Source: an uncultured Verrucomicrobiae bacterium (GTDB lineage Bacteria > Verrucomicrobiota > Verrucomicrobiia > Chthoniobacterales > Chthoniobacteraceae). Taken from it: DNA of 64,000 bases. This document shows, one piece after another, positions 41,285-51,863 of the stretch. The number at the start of each line of letters is the position of its first letter. Within the stretch, counting starts at the first letter, position 1. A model generated the notes under the pieces. It saw only the letters and a list, made by a program, of their open reading frames with translations, had not been told where the DNA came from and ran no database searches. The translations under genes and the position numbers were made by a program. The stretch spans positions 352,001-416,000 of the forward strand of contig CAVYKI010000003.1 of the NCBI GenBank assembly GCA_963769025.1, given 5' to 3'.

Positions 41285-41380
41285 CCGTAGCCGCACGACG
41301 GCAGGAGGCGGGCTGAGATCTCGGTCCCACGTTCATCGTCGCCTATCCTCTTGCCCGCCTCCTGCCGTCGGCGGCCACGG
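41285..41380. repeat. REP/REPIN-like inverted repeat downstream of the CxxCH gene (possible terminator or mRNA stabiliser)
   Basis: ccgtagccgcacgacggcaggaggcgggc (41285-313) pairs with gcccgcctcctgccgtcggcggccacgg (41353-380). Starts with CGTAG. Confidence 0.8.
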
Positions 41381-41548
41381 ACGAAACACCCGACGGCGCC
41401 CGTCGCACAGCTGAGCCCTTCGCCCTCTGGCACGGGCCTCGCTTTAACAGCTGGATTCAGCCCGCATGAGCCACCGTGTCGCCAACCGCCTCGCCACGCA
41501 CGACCGTCGTGCGATGCCCGGTTGCGCCTTCGCGCCAGCCTTTCCGCC

Positions 41549-42443
41549 ATGAATGCCTCGCGCAAAGCCGGACCGCTCTTCGTCGTCAATGGCAAGGCCG
41601 GGCAACTCGGCAACCGATTGTTCTTCTTCGCCTACGTGATTTCGCTCGCCTCCAAACTCGGCGGGCGCGTCATCAATCCCGGCTTCAACGAATACGCCGC
41701 GGCCTTCACGGGAACCTGCGGAGGCTCGCTGAGCCGCTGGCCGGCGCGCAAACCGCTCCTCCGCGCCCGATGGCTCGGGACGTTGATCGGCTCCCTGCAG
41801 AATCTCGGCGTGCGCATCGCAAACCGCCTGCGCCTTTCCTGCCCCGGCGTGAAAATCCTGGGCCTCCACGAAAAGGAAACGGTCAAGTACCGCCTGGATA
41901 ACGAGCCATTCCTCGACTCGCTGCGGAACGCCCGCATTGTCTTCATCAGCGGCTGGCTCGACCTGCCGCACGTGCGCTTCGAGCAACCGGATGCCATCCG
42001 CGCGCACTTCACGCCGGTCGCCAGCCACCGCGACGCGATCACCGGCGTCATCTCGCGCGCCCGCGCGGGCTGCGACGTCCTCATCGGCGTCCACATCCGG
42101 CAGGGCGATTACGCAACATTCCTCGGCGGACGCTACTTTTACCCGACCGGGCGTGTACGTGCGCGCCATGAAGGCCGCGGCGGCGCTCTTCCCCGCGAAG
42201 CGCGTCGGCTTCCTCGTCTGCTCGAACCTGCCGCAGGACATCTCCGACCCCGCGCTGCCCTCCGTCACGAACGGGACCGGCAATGCGATCGAGGATCTGT
42301 ACTCGCTGGCGGAATGCGATTACCTGATCGGTCCCCCGAGCACGTTCTCGGTCTGGGCATCGTTTTTCGGAAAGACGCCGCTCTGGGAAATTCACGACGC
42401 GGCGGCGCTGCCGAAGCTGGAAGAGTTCTTGATCCGCTACTGA
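41549..42443 (+). CDS. GT11 alpha-1,2-fucosyltransferase-like (frameshift near 42150)
   Basis: GQLGNRLF, GVHIRQGDY, DLYSLAECDYLIGPPSTFSVWASF. Confidence 0.8.
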
Positions 42444-42531
42444 GCATGCCACACATCCCCATCGCCATGGCCGGCCTTGCCTCCTCTGATACGCTGCCCG
42501 CCGCGAACCGCTGAACTTCACATCGCCCACC

Positions 42532-43425
42532 GTGCCCGCCCTCGCATACAGCATCGTCATCGCCACGTTTGAGCGTCCGGCGGAGATGCGTGTCACGCTC
42601 GAGTCCATCGCCGCGCAGACGCGCCCGCCGGAGCGTGTCATCGTCGTGGATTCCTCGAAGGACGACGCGACACGCGCGGTCGCCGACAGCTTCGCCACGC
42701 GCCTCCCGCTGCATTACGAACGCGCGATCCGGCCCAGCTCCGCGGTGCAGCGCAACCAGGGCGCCGAGCACGTCGGGACGCCGCTCATCGCGTTTCTCGA
42801 TGACGATGTCCTCGTCCATCCCGGAACCTTCGCCACGATCGTCGGCGCCTTTGAGCGGGATTCATCCGAACGCATTGGAGGCATTGCCGCCCGCATCGAC
42901 GGCATGCAGCATCGCCCGCCGCGCGGCCTGCTGTGGTGGTATTACCGGCTGCAGGCGGGCTACGCGCATCCGACCTACGGTGCGAAGCTGTTTGGCGCGG
43001 CCATCAACTGCCTGCCGACCTACGGTGAAAGCGATCCCGACCTCATTCCTTCCGACTGGCTGAACTCGACCTGCGTCTTCTACCGCACGGCGCTTTTCCG
43101 CCGCGAAAAATTTCCCGAGTTCGACGGCTACAGCTTCATGGAAGACGTCCACCTCTCCGCGCGTATCGGCCGCACGCATGAACTCTTCTTCCACCGCACC
43201 GCCAGCTTCGAGCACCGTGACGCGACGAGCAGCTTCAAACGCAACGCCCGGCAGATGGCCCGCATGCGGGTGCGGCACCAGCGCGTCATCGCGCGCGACA
43301 TCGTCGGGCTGCGCGAGCCCGGGCTGACCCTGAAGCTTTTCCTCCACCGGCTCTTCACGAGCGCGTGCCTGCTCCGCAGCCGGCATCCGGCTTGGAAACA
43401 GGAACTCATCGGCATCTGGACATGA
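42532..43425 (+). CDS. GT2 glycosyltransferase
   Basis: SIVIATFER, IVVDSS, QRNQG, AFLDDD, MEDV. Confidence 0.9.
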   Translation: MPALAYSIVIATFERPAEMRVTLESIAAQTRPPERVIVVDSSKDDATRAVADSFATRLPLHYERAIRPSSAVQRNQGAEHVGTPLIAFLDDDVLVHPGTFATIVGAFERDSSERIGGIAARIDGMQHRPPRGLLWWYYRLQAGYAHPTYGAKLFGAAINCLPTYGESDPDLIPSDWLNSTCVFYRTALFRREKFPEFDGYSFMEDVHLSARIGRTHELFFHRTASFEHRDATSSFKRNARQMARMRVRHQRVIARDIVGLREPGLTLKLFLHRLFTSACLLRSRHPAWKQELIGIWT

Positions 43426-43952
43426 TCACCCGCATTCTCAAAGGTCTCGCCTCGCGCCTGCGGATCGCATGCCTCCGCCTGCGCGGCGTGCGCATCCCCG
43501 GCCACGTCTCGCTGCGCGCCGTGGAAATCCCGCGCCACCCGCGCTCCATCGCCCTCGAGGACGGCGTCGCGCTCGACCGCGGGGTCACGCTGCTTGCCAC
43601 TTGCGACGCCGCCCGCATCGTCATCGGCGCAGGCGTGTACGTGAACCGCCAGACGATGATCGACGCGAGCGAGCGGATCGAAATCGGCGCAGGCACGATG
43701 ATCGGCCCGTTCTGCTACATCACCGACCACGATCACACCATCGGCGCCGGCCTCGCGCCCGGCGCGGGACCGCTGCTCTCCCGGCCGACGCGCATCGGCG
43801 CGAACTGCTGGATCGGCGCGCATGTCACGGTCCTGAAAGGCGTGATCATCGGCAAAGGCACCGTCGTCGGCGCGGGCAGCGTGGTGACCAAGTCGCTGCC
43901 CGAGGGAGTCGTCGCAGCAGGCAACCCCGCGCGAGTCTTGCGCAACCTATGA
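43422..43952 (+). CDS. Hexapeptide-repeat (LbH) O-acetyltransferase
   Basis: YITDHDH, IGANCWIGAHVTVLKGVIIGKGTVVGAGSVVTK, AGNPAR. ATGA overlap. Confidence 0.92.
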   Translation: MITRILKGLASRLRIACLRLRGVRIPGHVSLRAVEIPRHPRSIALEDGVALDRGVTLLATCDAARIVIGAGVYVNRQTMIDASERIEIGAGTMIGPFCYITDHDHTIGAGLAPGAGPLLSRPTRIGANCWIGAHVTVLKGVIIGKGTVVGAGSVVTKSLPEGVVAAGNPARVLRNL

Positions 43953-44866
43953 GCGAAGCGCTGCGCTGTGCCGTGATGATCGCGACGCACAACCGCCGCG
44001 ACGATCTCGCCCGCACCTGCGCCGTGCTCCGGACGCTGGAGCCCGCGCCGGATGAAGTCTTGATCTGCGCGGATGGATGCACGGACGGCACGGAGGATTT
44101 CGTGCGCGGAAATTACCCGGAATTCCAACTCATCGTGAATGCGTCGAGCCTCGGCTCGACCCGCTCGCGCGATCACCTCATGCGCTCTGCGCAAAGCGAC
44201 ATCGTGCTGAGCCTCGATGATGACAGCCATCCGCTCGAACGGGACGCCATCGCGCGCATCCGCGATTTGTTTGCGAACCATCCGCGGGTCGCGGTCGCAT
44301 CCTTTCCGCAACGCACCGACGAGTCCCCGGAGTCGCTCCACGCCACGGATTTCGGCCCGGCCCACTTTGCCGGAACGTACATGAATTGCGCGTGCGCCTT
44401 CCGCCGCCGGGTGTTCTGCGAACTCGGCGGGCACTACGGTCCGTTTTGGAACGCCTACGACGAACCGGACTTCGCGCTGCGCTGCGCCGCTGCCGGCTGG
44501 CAGGTGCGCTTCGATCCCACGGTCACCATCCGGCACTATTTTTCCGGCGTGAATCGCAACCTCCTCGGCGCGCATCTGCTCAATGCGCGCAACGAGATCT
44601 GGAGCGTGCTCATGCGCTGCCCGATGCCGCAGATGTTCGCCGTCATGGCGTTTCGCATCGCGCGGCAGTTCGGCTACGCCATGCGGCAGGGCTGGCGATG
44701 GATTTTGAATGAGCCGCGGTGGTGGTTCGCGTGCCTCGCCGGTGCGCCCGCGGCGCTGGCAAATCGCCGCCCCCTGCCGTGGGCTCCCTATTTTGCGTGG
44801 ATGAAGCTGGTCCGCCATCCGATCCACGATGCGTCTGAATGGCAGGCGAAATTCGGCGAGCCATGA
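43949..44866 (+). CDS. GT2 glycosyltransferase
   Basis: VMIATHNR, CADGCTDGT, LSLDDDS, YDEPDFALR. ATGA overlap. Confidence 0.9.
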   Translation: MSEALRCAVMIATHNRRDDLARTCAVLRTLEPAPDEVLICADGCTDGTEDFVRGNYPEFQLIVNASSLGSTRSRDHLMRSAQSDIVLSLDDDSHPLERDAIARIRDLFANHPRVAVASFPQRTDESPESLHATDFGPAHFAGTYMNCACAFRRRVFCELGGHYGPFWNAYDEPDFALRCAAAGWQVRFDPTVTIRHYFSGVNRNLLGAHLLNARNEIWSVLMRCPMPQMFAVMAFRIARQFGYAMRQGWRWILNEPRWWFACLAGAPAALANRRPLPWAPYFAWMKLVRHPIHDASEWQAKFGEP

Positions 44867-46002
44867 GGATTTCCTTCGCCGCCACGGACCCTTGCCACAT
44901 GTGGCCGACTGCCAGAGCCGTCGCACAGGAGGGCGCGCTGGGCGTGTATTATTCCGCCTATCCGGCCCGGAAAATCGCCGATGCGGGCGACGCCCGGCTC
45001 CGCTGCTCGAGCTTGCGGACGGCCGTGGCGGAAGGGTTCGAGAGTCTCCTTCCTGAAATGCTGCAACCCGTCTTGCGACCCCTCTTTCGCTGGCGGGATC
45101 GCGGGTTTGCCCGCTGGGTCAGCACCCGGCTTGAGGCCTGCGATTTCATCCATGCGATGCCGGGCCGGGCGGTGGAGACGTTCGGCGCGGCGAAGCAGCT
45201 CGGGATCCGCACGGTGCTCAACCACGCCGCCGGACCTGCACGCGAGTGGGTGCGCATCATGCGGCCGGAATACGAGCGCGCCGGCATCCACATCGAAAGG
45301 CATTGCCCGTATGACGAGGCTTACTTTGCCCGCGAGGAAGAGGAATATGCGCTGGCGGATTTTCACTGCGTGCCATCGACCTTGGTCCGCGATGAAATGG
45401 CGGCCATCGGAATCCCCGAGGAGCGCCTCTGGCTCGTCCCGTACGGCGGCGACACCCACGCGAGCGTCTTTCATCGCGCAGAACGTGCGTCCCCACCTCC
45501 GTTTTTCCGAATTCTCTTCGCCGGGCGGACCACGCTGGCCAAAGGAATCCACACCCTGCTCGGTGCGCTGACGCTGGCCAGGCACGCACACTGGAAAATG
45601 GATTTCGTCGGCTCGCGGGCGTCGGAAACCGCAAGGGAGTTCCGCGCGTATCGCGGCGCGACCCCGCTCACTTTCAACGGCACACCGCCGGAGGAGCTGA
45701 TGGCCCGCACCATCCGGGAAAGCAGCGTGCTCGTGCTGCCCGCGCTGGAGGAGGGCTTCGGAGCCGTCGTGCCACAGGCGCTGAACTGCGGCCTCCCATG
45801 CATCGTGAGCGACCGCACGGGTGCGCGCGACCTCGTGCGCCACCGCGAAAACGGCAGCATTTTCCCCGCGGGCGACCCTGCCGCGCTCGCCGCCGAGCTC
45901 GAATGGTGGGAACTGCACCCGGGGCGGGCGCTTGAGAACTTCACTTGGACCGATGCCGCTCGCACGCTTATTGCACACAGCGAGGCTGCACTGAGCTCAT
46001 GA
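44863..46002 (+). CDS. GT4 glycosyltransferase
   Basis: ILFAGR...KG, VLVLPALEEGFGAVVPQALNCGLPCIVSD. Confidence 0.9.
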   Translation: MRISFAATDPCHMWPTARAVAQEGALGVYYSAYPARKIADAGDARLRCSSLRTAVAEGFESLLPEMLQPVLRPLFRWRDRGFARWVSTRLEACDFIHAMPGRAVETFGAAKQLGIRTVLNHAAGPAREWVRIMRPEYERAGIHIERHCPYDEAYFAREEEEYALADFHCVPSTLVRDEMAAIGIPEERLWLVPYGGDTHASVFHRAERASPPPFFRILFAGRTTLAKGIHTLLGALTLARHAHWKMDFVGSRASETAREFRAYRGATPLTFNGTPPEELMARTIRESSVLVLPALEEGFGAVVPQALNCGLPCIVSDRTGARDLVRHRENGSIFPAGDPAALAAELEWWELHPGRALENFTWTDAARTLIAHSEAALSS

Positions 46003-47558
46003 AAAATTTCTTCCACCACGCCCGCAAGGCGGCTCCGGCTTCCCCGCCGCCGGCGCGCGTTTCCGCCGCGGGCGCGCCGGCAGCGACGCCGGAATCGCAG
46101 CGCCCGTGGCCCCGGGTGGATGCGACGCTGGCCGCGCTCGTCGGCCTGATCGTCACGGCATTCGCGATGACCAGCGGGGCTGACCGCTATGGTTCCCAGA
46201 TCGCGCACACTGCGGCTGTCGGAGTGCTTGCGACGCTGCTCGTCAGCTTCGCATTCGAGGCGCGCGGAGGGCTGAAAAATCTCATCCGTCCGGACCTCGT
46301 CGCCATCATCGCGCTGTTCTACCTGACCCTCTACGAATTCCTCTTCCCGCAGCCATATTTCGACACGCAGATCAGCGACGTGCCTGCGGTGTTCCTCGCG
46401 CTTTGGGCGGTGATCATCGGCTTCATCGGACTTTTCATCGGCCGCCATCTCGTGCCGCGGGGAAAGCAGCCGTTTGAACAAATCATGACCAAGCCGCTCC
46501 CCGCGGGTTGGCTCCTCGCGATCCTGTGGGTGAGCTTCTTCATGGGATTCCTCCATGTGCTGCTCGCGGTGCAATTCGACGTTCCCAAGATGCTCGACGC
46601 GATGATGGGGCCGCGTTTCTCCCAACCCTGGGGACGCGGCCTGCTCGGAGGCTGGAAGGAGTTGCTCAATGAGTTCGCGCTGCTGCTGTACCTCATCCCG
46701 CCGATTGTCGGGCTGATGCTCGGGCGCCGGGAACGCTATTCGCTGCCGACCCTCGTGTTCGCGCTGCTCGCGTTTCTCTGGCTGCTGTTTTTTTCCTTCG
46801 CCAGCGGCACGCGCCACGTCTTCGCCGCGTATCTCATCACATTCCTCATCGCGTTTACATTTTCCTCGCCAGCGGAACGCCGCACGCAGGTCATCGTCGT
46901 CGCCGCGCTCTGCGGGGGCATGCTCATGATGGCGACGAAGGCGATGCTCGACCTGAGGACCGTCGGCATGACGCGATGGCTCGAAGAAGGCGCTCCCAAA
47001 CGGACCAGCCAGTTCAATTCGTCCGTATTCGTGGACTACAACCTCGTGGTGATCAGCAAACTCACGCGCTACTTTCCAAAGCAGAACTACGGCCGCTATC
47101 TCGGTTTTGAAATTCCCTACATCGCGCTCGTCCGGCCGATCCCGCGCGCGATCTGGCCGGGAAAGCCGAAAGGCCTGTCCGTTTCCATCGAGCAGGCCCT
47201 CGAGGCGAAGAACGTCATCCTGATGACGACCTTCGTCGGCGAGGCCTACATCTCGGGCGGCCTGCTCGCCGTCGCCCTCACGGGCATCGTCCTCGGCATG
47301 CTCGCCACGTTCTGGAATCGCCTCGCGTCGCCGAGAAACTCCGAGCTCGGCATCCTCATCTACTCTTCAGGTTTTTTCGCGATGATCATCACCATGCGAA
47401 CGTGCTTTTCGCTCACAACAGCCATCCTGCCGTCCCTTGCAGGGCTTGTTTTCGGAAAATTCGTGATTCCGAAAATTCGCGAAAAATTCAAACCCCGCGC
47501 CGTGCTCCCTCCGCGGCTTCGCAACCGGCCGCCGGCTCCACCGCCGGTCGACTCGTAG
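45999..47558 (+). CDS. Polysaccharide repeat-unit polymerase (Wzy-like polytopic membrane protein)
   Basis: About 11 hydrophobic segments, SGTR, PIPRAIWPGKP, TFVGEAYISGG. Lies among glycosyltransferases. Confidence 0.7.
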   Translation: MKNFFHHARKAAPASPPPARVSAAGAPAATPESQRPWPRVDATLAALVGLIVTAFAMTSGADRYGSQIAHTAAVGVLATLLVSFAFEARGGLKNLIRPDLVAIIALFYLTLYEFLFPQPYFDTQISDVPAVFLALWAVIIGFIGLFIGRHLVPRGKQPFEQIMTKPLPAGWLLAILWVSFFMGFLHVLLAVQFDVPKMLDAMMGPRFSQPWGRGLLGGWKELLNEFALLLYLIPPIVGLMLGRRERYSLPTLVFALLAFLWLLFFSFASGTRHVFAAYLITFLIAFTFSSPAERRTQVIVVAALCGGMLMMATKAMLDLRTVGMTRWLEEGAPKRTSQFNSSVFVDYNLVVISKLTRYFPKQNYGRYLGFEIPYIALVRPIPRAIWPGKPKGLSVSIEQALEAKNVILMTTFVGEAYISGGLLAVALTGIVLGMLATFWNRLASPRNSELGILIYSSGFFAMIITMRTCFSLTTAILPSLAGLVFGKFVIPKIREKFKPRAVLPPRLRNRPPAPPPVDS

Positions 47559-47650
47559 TCCATCGCATCGGAGTGCCAGCGTATCATCTTCATGGCTCGT
47601 GCATTTCCCGGTCGGGAGAACATTCGTAATTTGAAAACGGGGTCACCGGC

Positions 47651-48709
47651 ATGATTCGCGTCGCGTTCGTCACCATCGTGCCCTCGCCGTACCAGCGCGA
47701 CCTGTTTGCCGCGCTTGCATCGCGGAGTGATGTGGCCCCGCGCGTCTTTTACATGGAACGTGCCGCGCCGGATTCCCCGTGGCCGGAGCGCCCGCTTGCG
47801 CATTACGAGCGTTATCTTCCCGGATTCTGGTTCCCGCTCGGCACCGCGCGCGTGCACGTGAACTGGCGCCTTCCATCGCCGGATGACTTTGACGTGGTCG
47901 TTTGCAACACGCTGATGTCGCTCACCGCGCAGTGGCTGATGCGGCGCAGACTGCGCGGAAGGCGGTGGATGTTCTGGGGTGAAAAGCTCGGAGCACGAAG
48001 CAGGAGGCACGACTTTCTCAGCGCGCCGCTGCATCGCGCTTCGGGGATCGCGGCCATCGGAACATGGGCCGAGCGCGACTACGCCGCGCGCTTTCCAAGG
48101 ACACGGATCTTCAACATCCCCTACCACTGCGACCTCGCGCATTTCGCCGCCGAGCCGCGGCCACCGCGTGAACCGGGCACCGTGACGTATCTTTTCTGCG
48201 GACAGATGATCGCGCGGAAGGGCGTGGATCAACTGCTCGCCGCGTTCGCCACGCTGCCGGAAAATGCCCGCCTGCTGCTCGTCGGACGCGAAGCGGAACT
48301 GCCGCAACTGCTCGCACGGCTCCCGTCTCCAGTGCGCGGACGCGTGCAATATGCGGGCTTTCAGGCGCCCGAGGCGCTGCCGCGTTTTTTCGCGCAGGCG
48401 GATGTCTTCGTGCTCCCGAGCCGGCACGATGGATGGGGAGTCGTGGTGAATCAGGCGCTCGGCGCGGGCCTGCCGATCATCGCGAGCGATTGCGTCGGTG
48501 CTGCGCATGACCTCGTCCACACGGGCGTAAACGGCTTCACCTTTCCTGCCGGGGATGCGAATGCACTCGCCGCCTCAATGCTCCGATACGCCGGGAATCC
48601 CGCACTCACACTCGCGCACGGCGAAGCATCCCGCCGCGCGCACACCGCCTGGACTCCCGCGTGCGGCGCGGAGCGCTGGGCAAAGGCATTGCACGCAGTC
48701 TGCGCATGA
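47651..48709 (+). CDS. GT4 glycosyltransferase
   Basis: LFCGQMIARKGVD, ADVFVLPSRHDGWGVVVNQALGAGLPIIASD. Confidence 0.92.
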   Translation: MIRVAFVTIVPSPYQRDLFAALASRSDVAPRVFYMERAAPDSPWPERPLAHYERYLPGFWFPLGTARVHVNWRLPSPDDFDVVVCNTLMSLTAQWLMRRRLRGRRWMFWGEKLGARSRRHDFLSAPLHRASGIAAIGTWAERDYAARFPRTRIFNIPYHCDLAHFAAEPRPPREPGTVTYLFCGQMIARKGVDQLLAAFATLPENARLLLVGREAELPQLLARLPSPVRGRVQYAGFQAPEALPRFFAQADVFVLPSRHDGWGVVVNQALGAGLPIIASDCVGAAHDLVHTGVNGFTFPAGDANALAASMLRYAGNPALTLAHGEASRRAHTAWTPACGAERWAKALHAVCA

Positions 48710-49854
48710 AAATCCTGCTCGCCAGCAGCAGCAGCGGCTCCCGCGGTGGCGGCGAACTTTGCCTGCTTTACCTCGCGCGCGCCCTCACCGAGCGCGGCCA
48801 CGAAGTCTCGCTGTGGATCTCAACGCACCCACGCATGGACGAACTCGCCGGGATGTTCGCGCCTATCGGAAAAGTGATCCGCACCGAATACACGAACACG
48901 TACGACTACCGCGCGCGCTCGCTGGCGCACGTGTTTTCCGGCGGAGTGTCCCGCCGCGTCTCGGAGCAATGGCGGGCGATCGCGCCCGATGTCGTCCACA
49001 TCAACAAGCAGAACCTGGAGGACGGGCTCGACCTGCTCGATGCAGCCGGGAGGAGCGGGATCCCAAGCCTCGCGACGATCCACATCACGCAAAGCGCAGG
49101 CTACCTCCGCGCACGCCACGCCTCCGCGCGCGACTGGATCGCCCGGCGATCCCTGCGCCGCTTCCCCGGAATCCTCGTTCCCACGCTCGATCAGCGGGAG
49201 CGCGAACTGCGAAACTTTGCCGGCCCCGCCGCCCGCATCCATACCGTGCTGAATGGCGTGCCGATCCCCGATCTGTCGATGCGCCCGGAAGTCCGCGAAT
49301 CCATGCGCGCGCAACTCGGCGTGACCGCGGGCGAAACGCTGTTCGTCGGCGTCGCCCGCATGGTCGGGCAGAAGCGTCCGCTGCACTGGCTGGAATGGGC
49401 GGAGACGATTCGCAAAAGCGTGCCGGGCGCGCGCTTTGTCTGGGTCGGAGACGGGGCGCTTGCCGGCGACTTCGATCGCACGGTGAAGGAGCGCGGCCTC
49501 GCGGACTTCGTCAGCCGCGTCGCGTGGACGAAAGACGTGCTGCCCTACCTTCTCGCCGGCGATGCCTTTCTGCACACGGCTGGCTTCGAGGGTTTGTCTT
49601 TTGCGCTGCTCGAAGCGCTCGCCGCCGCCCTGCCCCTCGTCGTCTCGGAAAACCTCCTCGCGGAACTCCCCTTCCTCACCAGCGAAGTGTCCGTCCCCCT
49701 GCGGCGCGGCTGCGAAGCCGTCCTCGCCGATCGGGCCGCCCTCGACGCGCTCGGCACGAACGCGCGACGGCTGGCAGAGGACCGCTTTTCCTTCGGGACG
49801 ATGGCTGAAAACTACGAGCGGATGTACCGCCTGTGCCTCGAGCACCGAGCATGA
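48706..49854 (+). CDS. GT4 glycosyltransferase
   Basis: GSRGGGE, VARMVGQKRP, WVGDG, FEGLSFALLEALAAALP. Confidence 0.9.
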   Translation: MKILLASSSSGSRGGGELCLLYLARALTERGHEVSLWISTHPRMDELAGMFAPIGKVIRTEYTNTYDYRARSLAHVFSGGVSRRVSEQWRAIAPDVVHINKQNLEDGLDLLDAAGRSGIPSLATIHITQSAGYLRARHASARDWIARRSLRRFPGILVPTLDQRERELRNFAGPAARIHTVLNGVPIPDLSMRPEVRESMRAQLGVTAGETLFVGVARMVGQKRPLHWLEWAETIRKSVPGARFVWVGDGALAGDFDRTVKERGLADFVSRVAWTKDVLPYLLAGDAFLHTAGFEGLSFALLEALAAALPLVVSENLLAELPFLTSEVSVPLRRGCEAVLADRAALDALGTNARRLAEDRFSFGTMAENYERMYRLCLEHRA

Positions 49855-49891
49855 GAATCTCCCTCGTCGCGTCCCTCAATCAAACCCGCCA

Positions 49892-50377
49892 GTGAAAACT
49901 CCTGTGCCAGCGGATGCCCCAGATCCGATTTCTCCCGAAGGAAAGCGCGCCGCGGGCAAGGTGCGCACCATTTTCGCGTGCATCGTCGCCGCGAATCTCG
50001 CGCTGATCGCGATCGTGATCTGGCAGGGATATTCCGGGAAACGCGGAGACTCCCGTCCGCCGGCACGTTCAGCGCAGGAAGAACTCACGGAGCGCTCCGT
50101 CGCCGCGTTCAATGCGGGCGACACGCGGGCCTTTTCCGCACTCTTCACCGCGGCCATGCATTCCGACCCGGCGATGCATCACGCGGAATATCAGCGGGAT
50201 TTCGGCCGGATACTTGCGTGGAAGCTCACCTCACAAGCGGAGTCAGCAGGCGGCGGCGAAAATGAAGTCGTCCACGAAATCTCCTGCGAAAAGGAGCCGC
50301 ACGCGCGTCTCGTGACGAAGTTCGTGCAGGAGAAAGACACGCTGAAGTTCGCGGAGTGGAGCATCAAGCGCCGGTAG
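49892..50377 (+). CDS. Hypothetical single-TM protein (NTF2/DUF3887-like soluble domain)
   Basis: GTG 49892 within track ORF 49562..50377. TM IFACIVAANLALIAIVIW, then AAFNAGD...FSALF...FGRIL. Confidence 0.5.
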   Translation: MKTPVPADAPDPISPEGKRAAGKVRTIFACIVAANLALIAIVIWQGYSGKRGDSRPPARSAQEELTERSVAAFNAGDTRAFSALFTAAMHSDPAMHHAEYQRDFGRILAWKLTSQAESAGGGENEVVHEISCEKEPHARLVTKFVQEKDTLKFAEWSIKRR

Positions 50378-50415
50378 TAATCGCCGTCATCGCCGCTCCG
50401 GCGGCGGGCAATCCA

Positions 50416-51621
50416 TCACGAGGCGCCTTTGCCCCGAATGGCCTCTTCGTACATGTGCAAATATTTCGCGACAACGACGGACGGCTCGAGGTTTTCCAGA
50501 ACCCAGCGCCGCCCGCTCAATCCCATCTGCCTGAGCTGAGATCGATTGGCGATCAACGTTTCGATCGTCTCGGCCAACTCGCGCACATCTCCGCCGCCGA
50601 CCTCCCCGTCGCGCACCTCGCTCGGGATCATGTTCACGATGCGCCCGCCTCCGCTTTCCTCGAGTTCCTTCCAAGTGTCGGTGCCCCTGGTCGTGACGAG
50701 CGGGGTGGAACTGACGAGGGACTCGAAATAGACGAAACCGAAGTTCTCCATGCTCGTCGGGAGCACGAAAAGGTCGCATGCCTCGTAGAGCGAGGGTTTC
50801 AAGCCGGCCGGCACCGTCCCAAGGAAGGTCGTGATATGATCCACATGGATCGCGTTGGCGTACTCCCGCATTTGCCGGTCGTACGTTTCGTCGCACGGGC
50901 CGGCGATCACGATGTTGAACTTCACGCCCTTGTCGATGAGGACGCGGCCCGCAGCCAGCAGCAGATCGGGACGCTTCTTGTAGTGGAGCCGGCTGAGGTA
51001 GAGGAGCGACGGAACCTCCGGCGAAGGCAGCGGGAGGCTCTTTCGCGCCGGTTCAGGCGTCGAAAGTGTGCGGTAGGGATCGAGGTCGAACACCAGAGGG
51101 ATCACGGCGCCGGGCACCTTGGCGTGCCGCTTCCGGGACTGATCGAGTTCTGCCTGCGCCGTGAGGACGACGAAGGACGCTCCATCAATCACCCTGCGAC
51201 CGAACAGAGCCATGTAAACAGACTTGCGGAAGCGCTTCTGAAGCACCGACCAGTCAGCCAGCATTCCGTGCGGGCTGAGGACATACGCCTTGCCCAGTTC
51301 CCGGGCGACACGGGCAATCGGTTCCGTGGAGGGATCCCAGATCACGTGCAGGTGGATGACATCGCAGTTCTGCACCAGCGGACGGACGCGCGCGGCGAAG
51401 CTGGAATCCAGCATGGCGAGCCGCTTCGGGGGAGCAATGACGCTCACTTTCGGCAACCCGGACTCCTGCGAAAGCCACGACGGGGGCACGTCGGTGGCAT
51501 CGCACGTGAGGAGGGTGACGTCAGCACCCGCGCGCGCCTGATATTTCACCATGTCCAAAACAGCCCGGACCGTCCCACCGTCTTCGAGTCGGATTGCCTT
51601 GAGATAGTGGAGGATTCGCAT
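50416..51621 (-). CDS. GT4 glycosyltransferase
   Basis: LSPHGML, YLSRLHYKKRPDLL, DLFVLPTSMENFGFVYFESL. Confidence 0.9.
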   Translation of the reverse strand: MRILHYLKAIRLEDGGTVRAVLDMVKYQARAGADVTLLTCDATDVPPSWLSQESGLPKVSVIAPPKRLAMLDSSFAARVRPLVQNCDVIHLHVIWDPSTEPIARVARELGKAYVLSPHGMLADWSVLQKRFRKSVYMALFGRRVIDGASFVVLTAQAELDQSRKRHAKVPGAVIPLVFDLDPYRTLSTPEPARKSLPLPSPEVPSLLYLSRLHYKKRPDLLLAAGRVLIDKGVKFNIVIAGPCDETYDRQMREYANAIHVDHITTFLGTVPAGLKPSLYEACDLFVLPTSMENFGFVYFESLVSSTPLVTTRGTDTWKELEESGGGRIVNMIPSEVRDGEVGGGDVRELAETIETLIANRSQLRQMGLSGRRWVLENLEPSVVVAKYLHMYEEAIRGKGAS

Positions 51622-51863
51622 GACCAGTTCCTTCAGACAGATTTTCGCCGCGGAAACCGAGAGAAAACCTGTGGGAAAAGACGCACGACATCACTGCCGC
51701 CACGTGGAAATGATGCGTTGATATCGTGTGAACCATTTGGTTCAAGCTCCGGCCCTTTGCGGCCACACTCACCTACACTCGCGAGCGAAGATCAGCCATG
51801 CACCGGGCGGCGCGTGCGCGACATCGGCCGGGGTTTTAAGTTCCGATCCATCCAACAGCGAAA

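Noticed and set aside
33400..41300. Marked C-over-G excess on the plus strand
   Set aside because: Plausibly explained by codon usage and replication-strand bias. It cannot be quantified or tied to an origin or terminus by eye.
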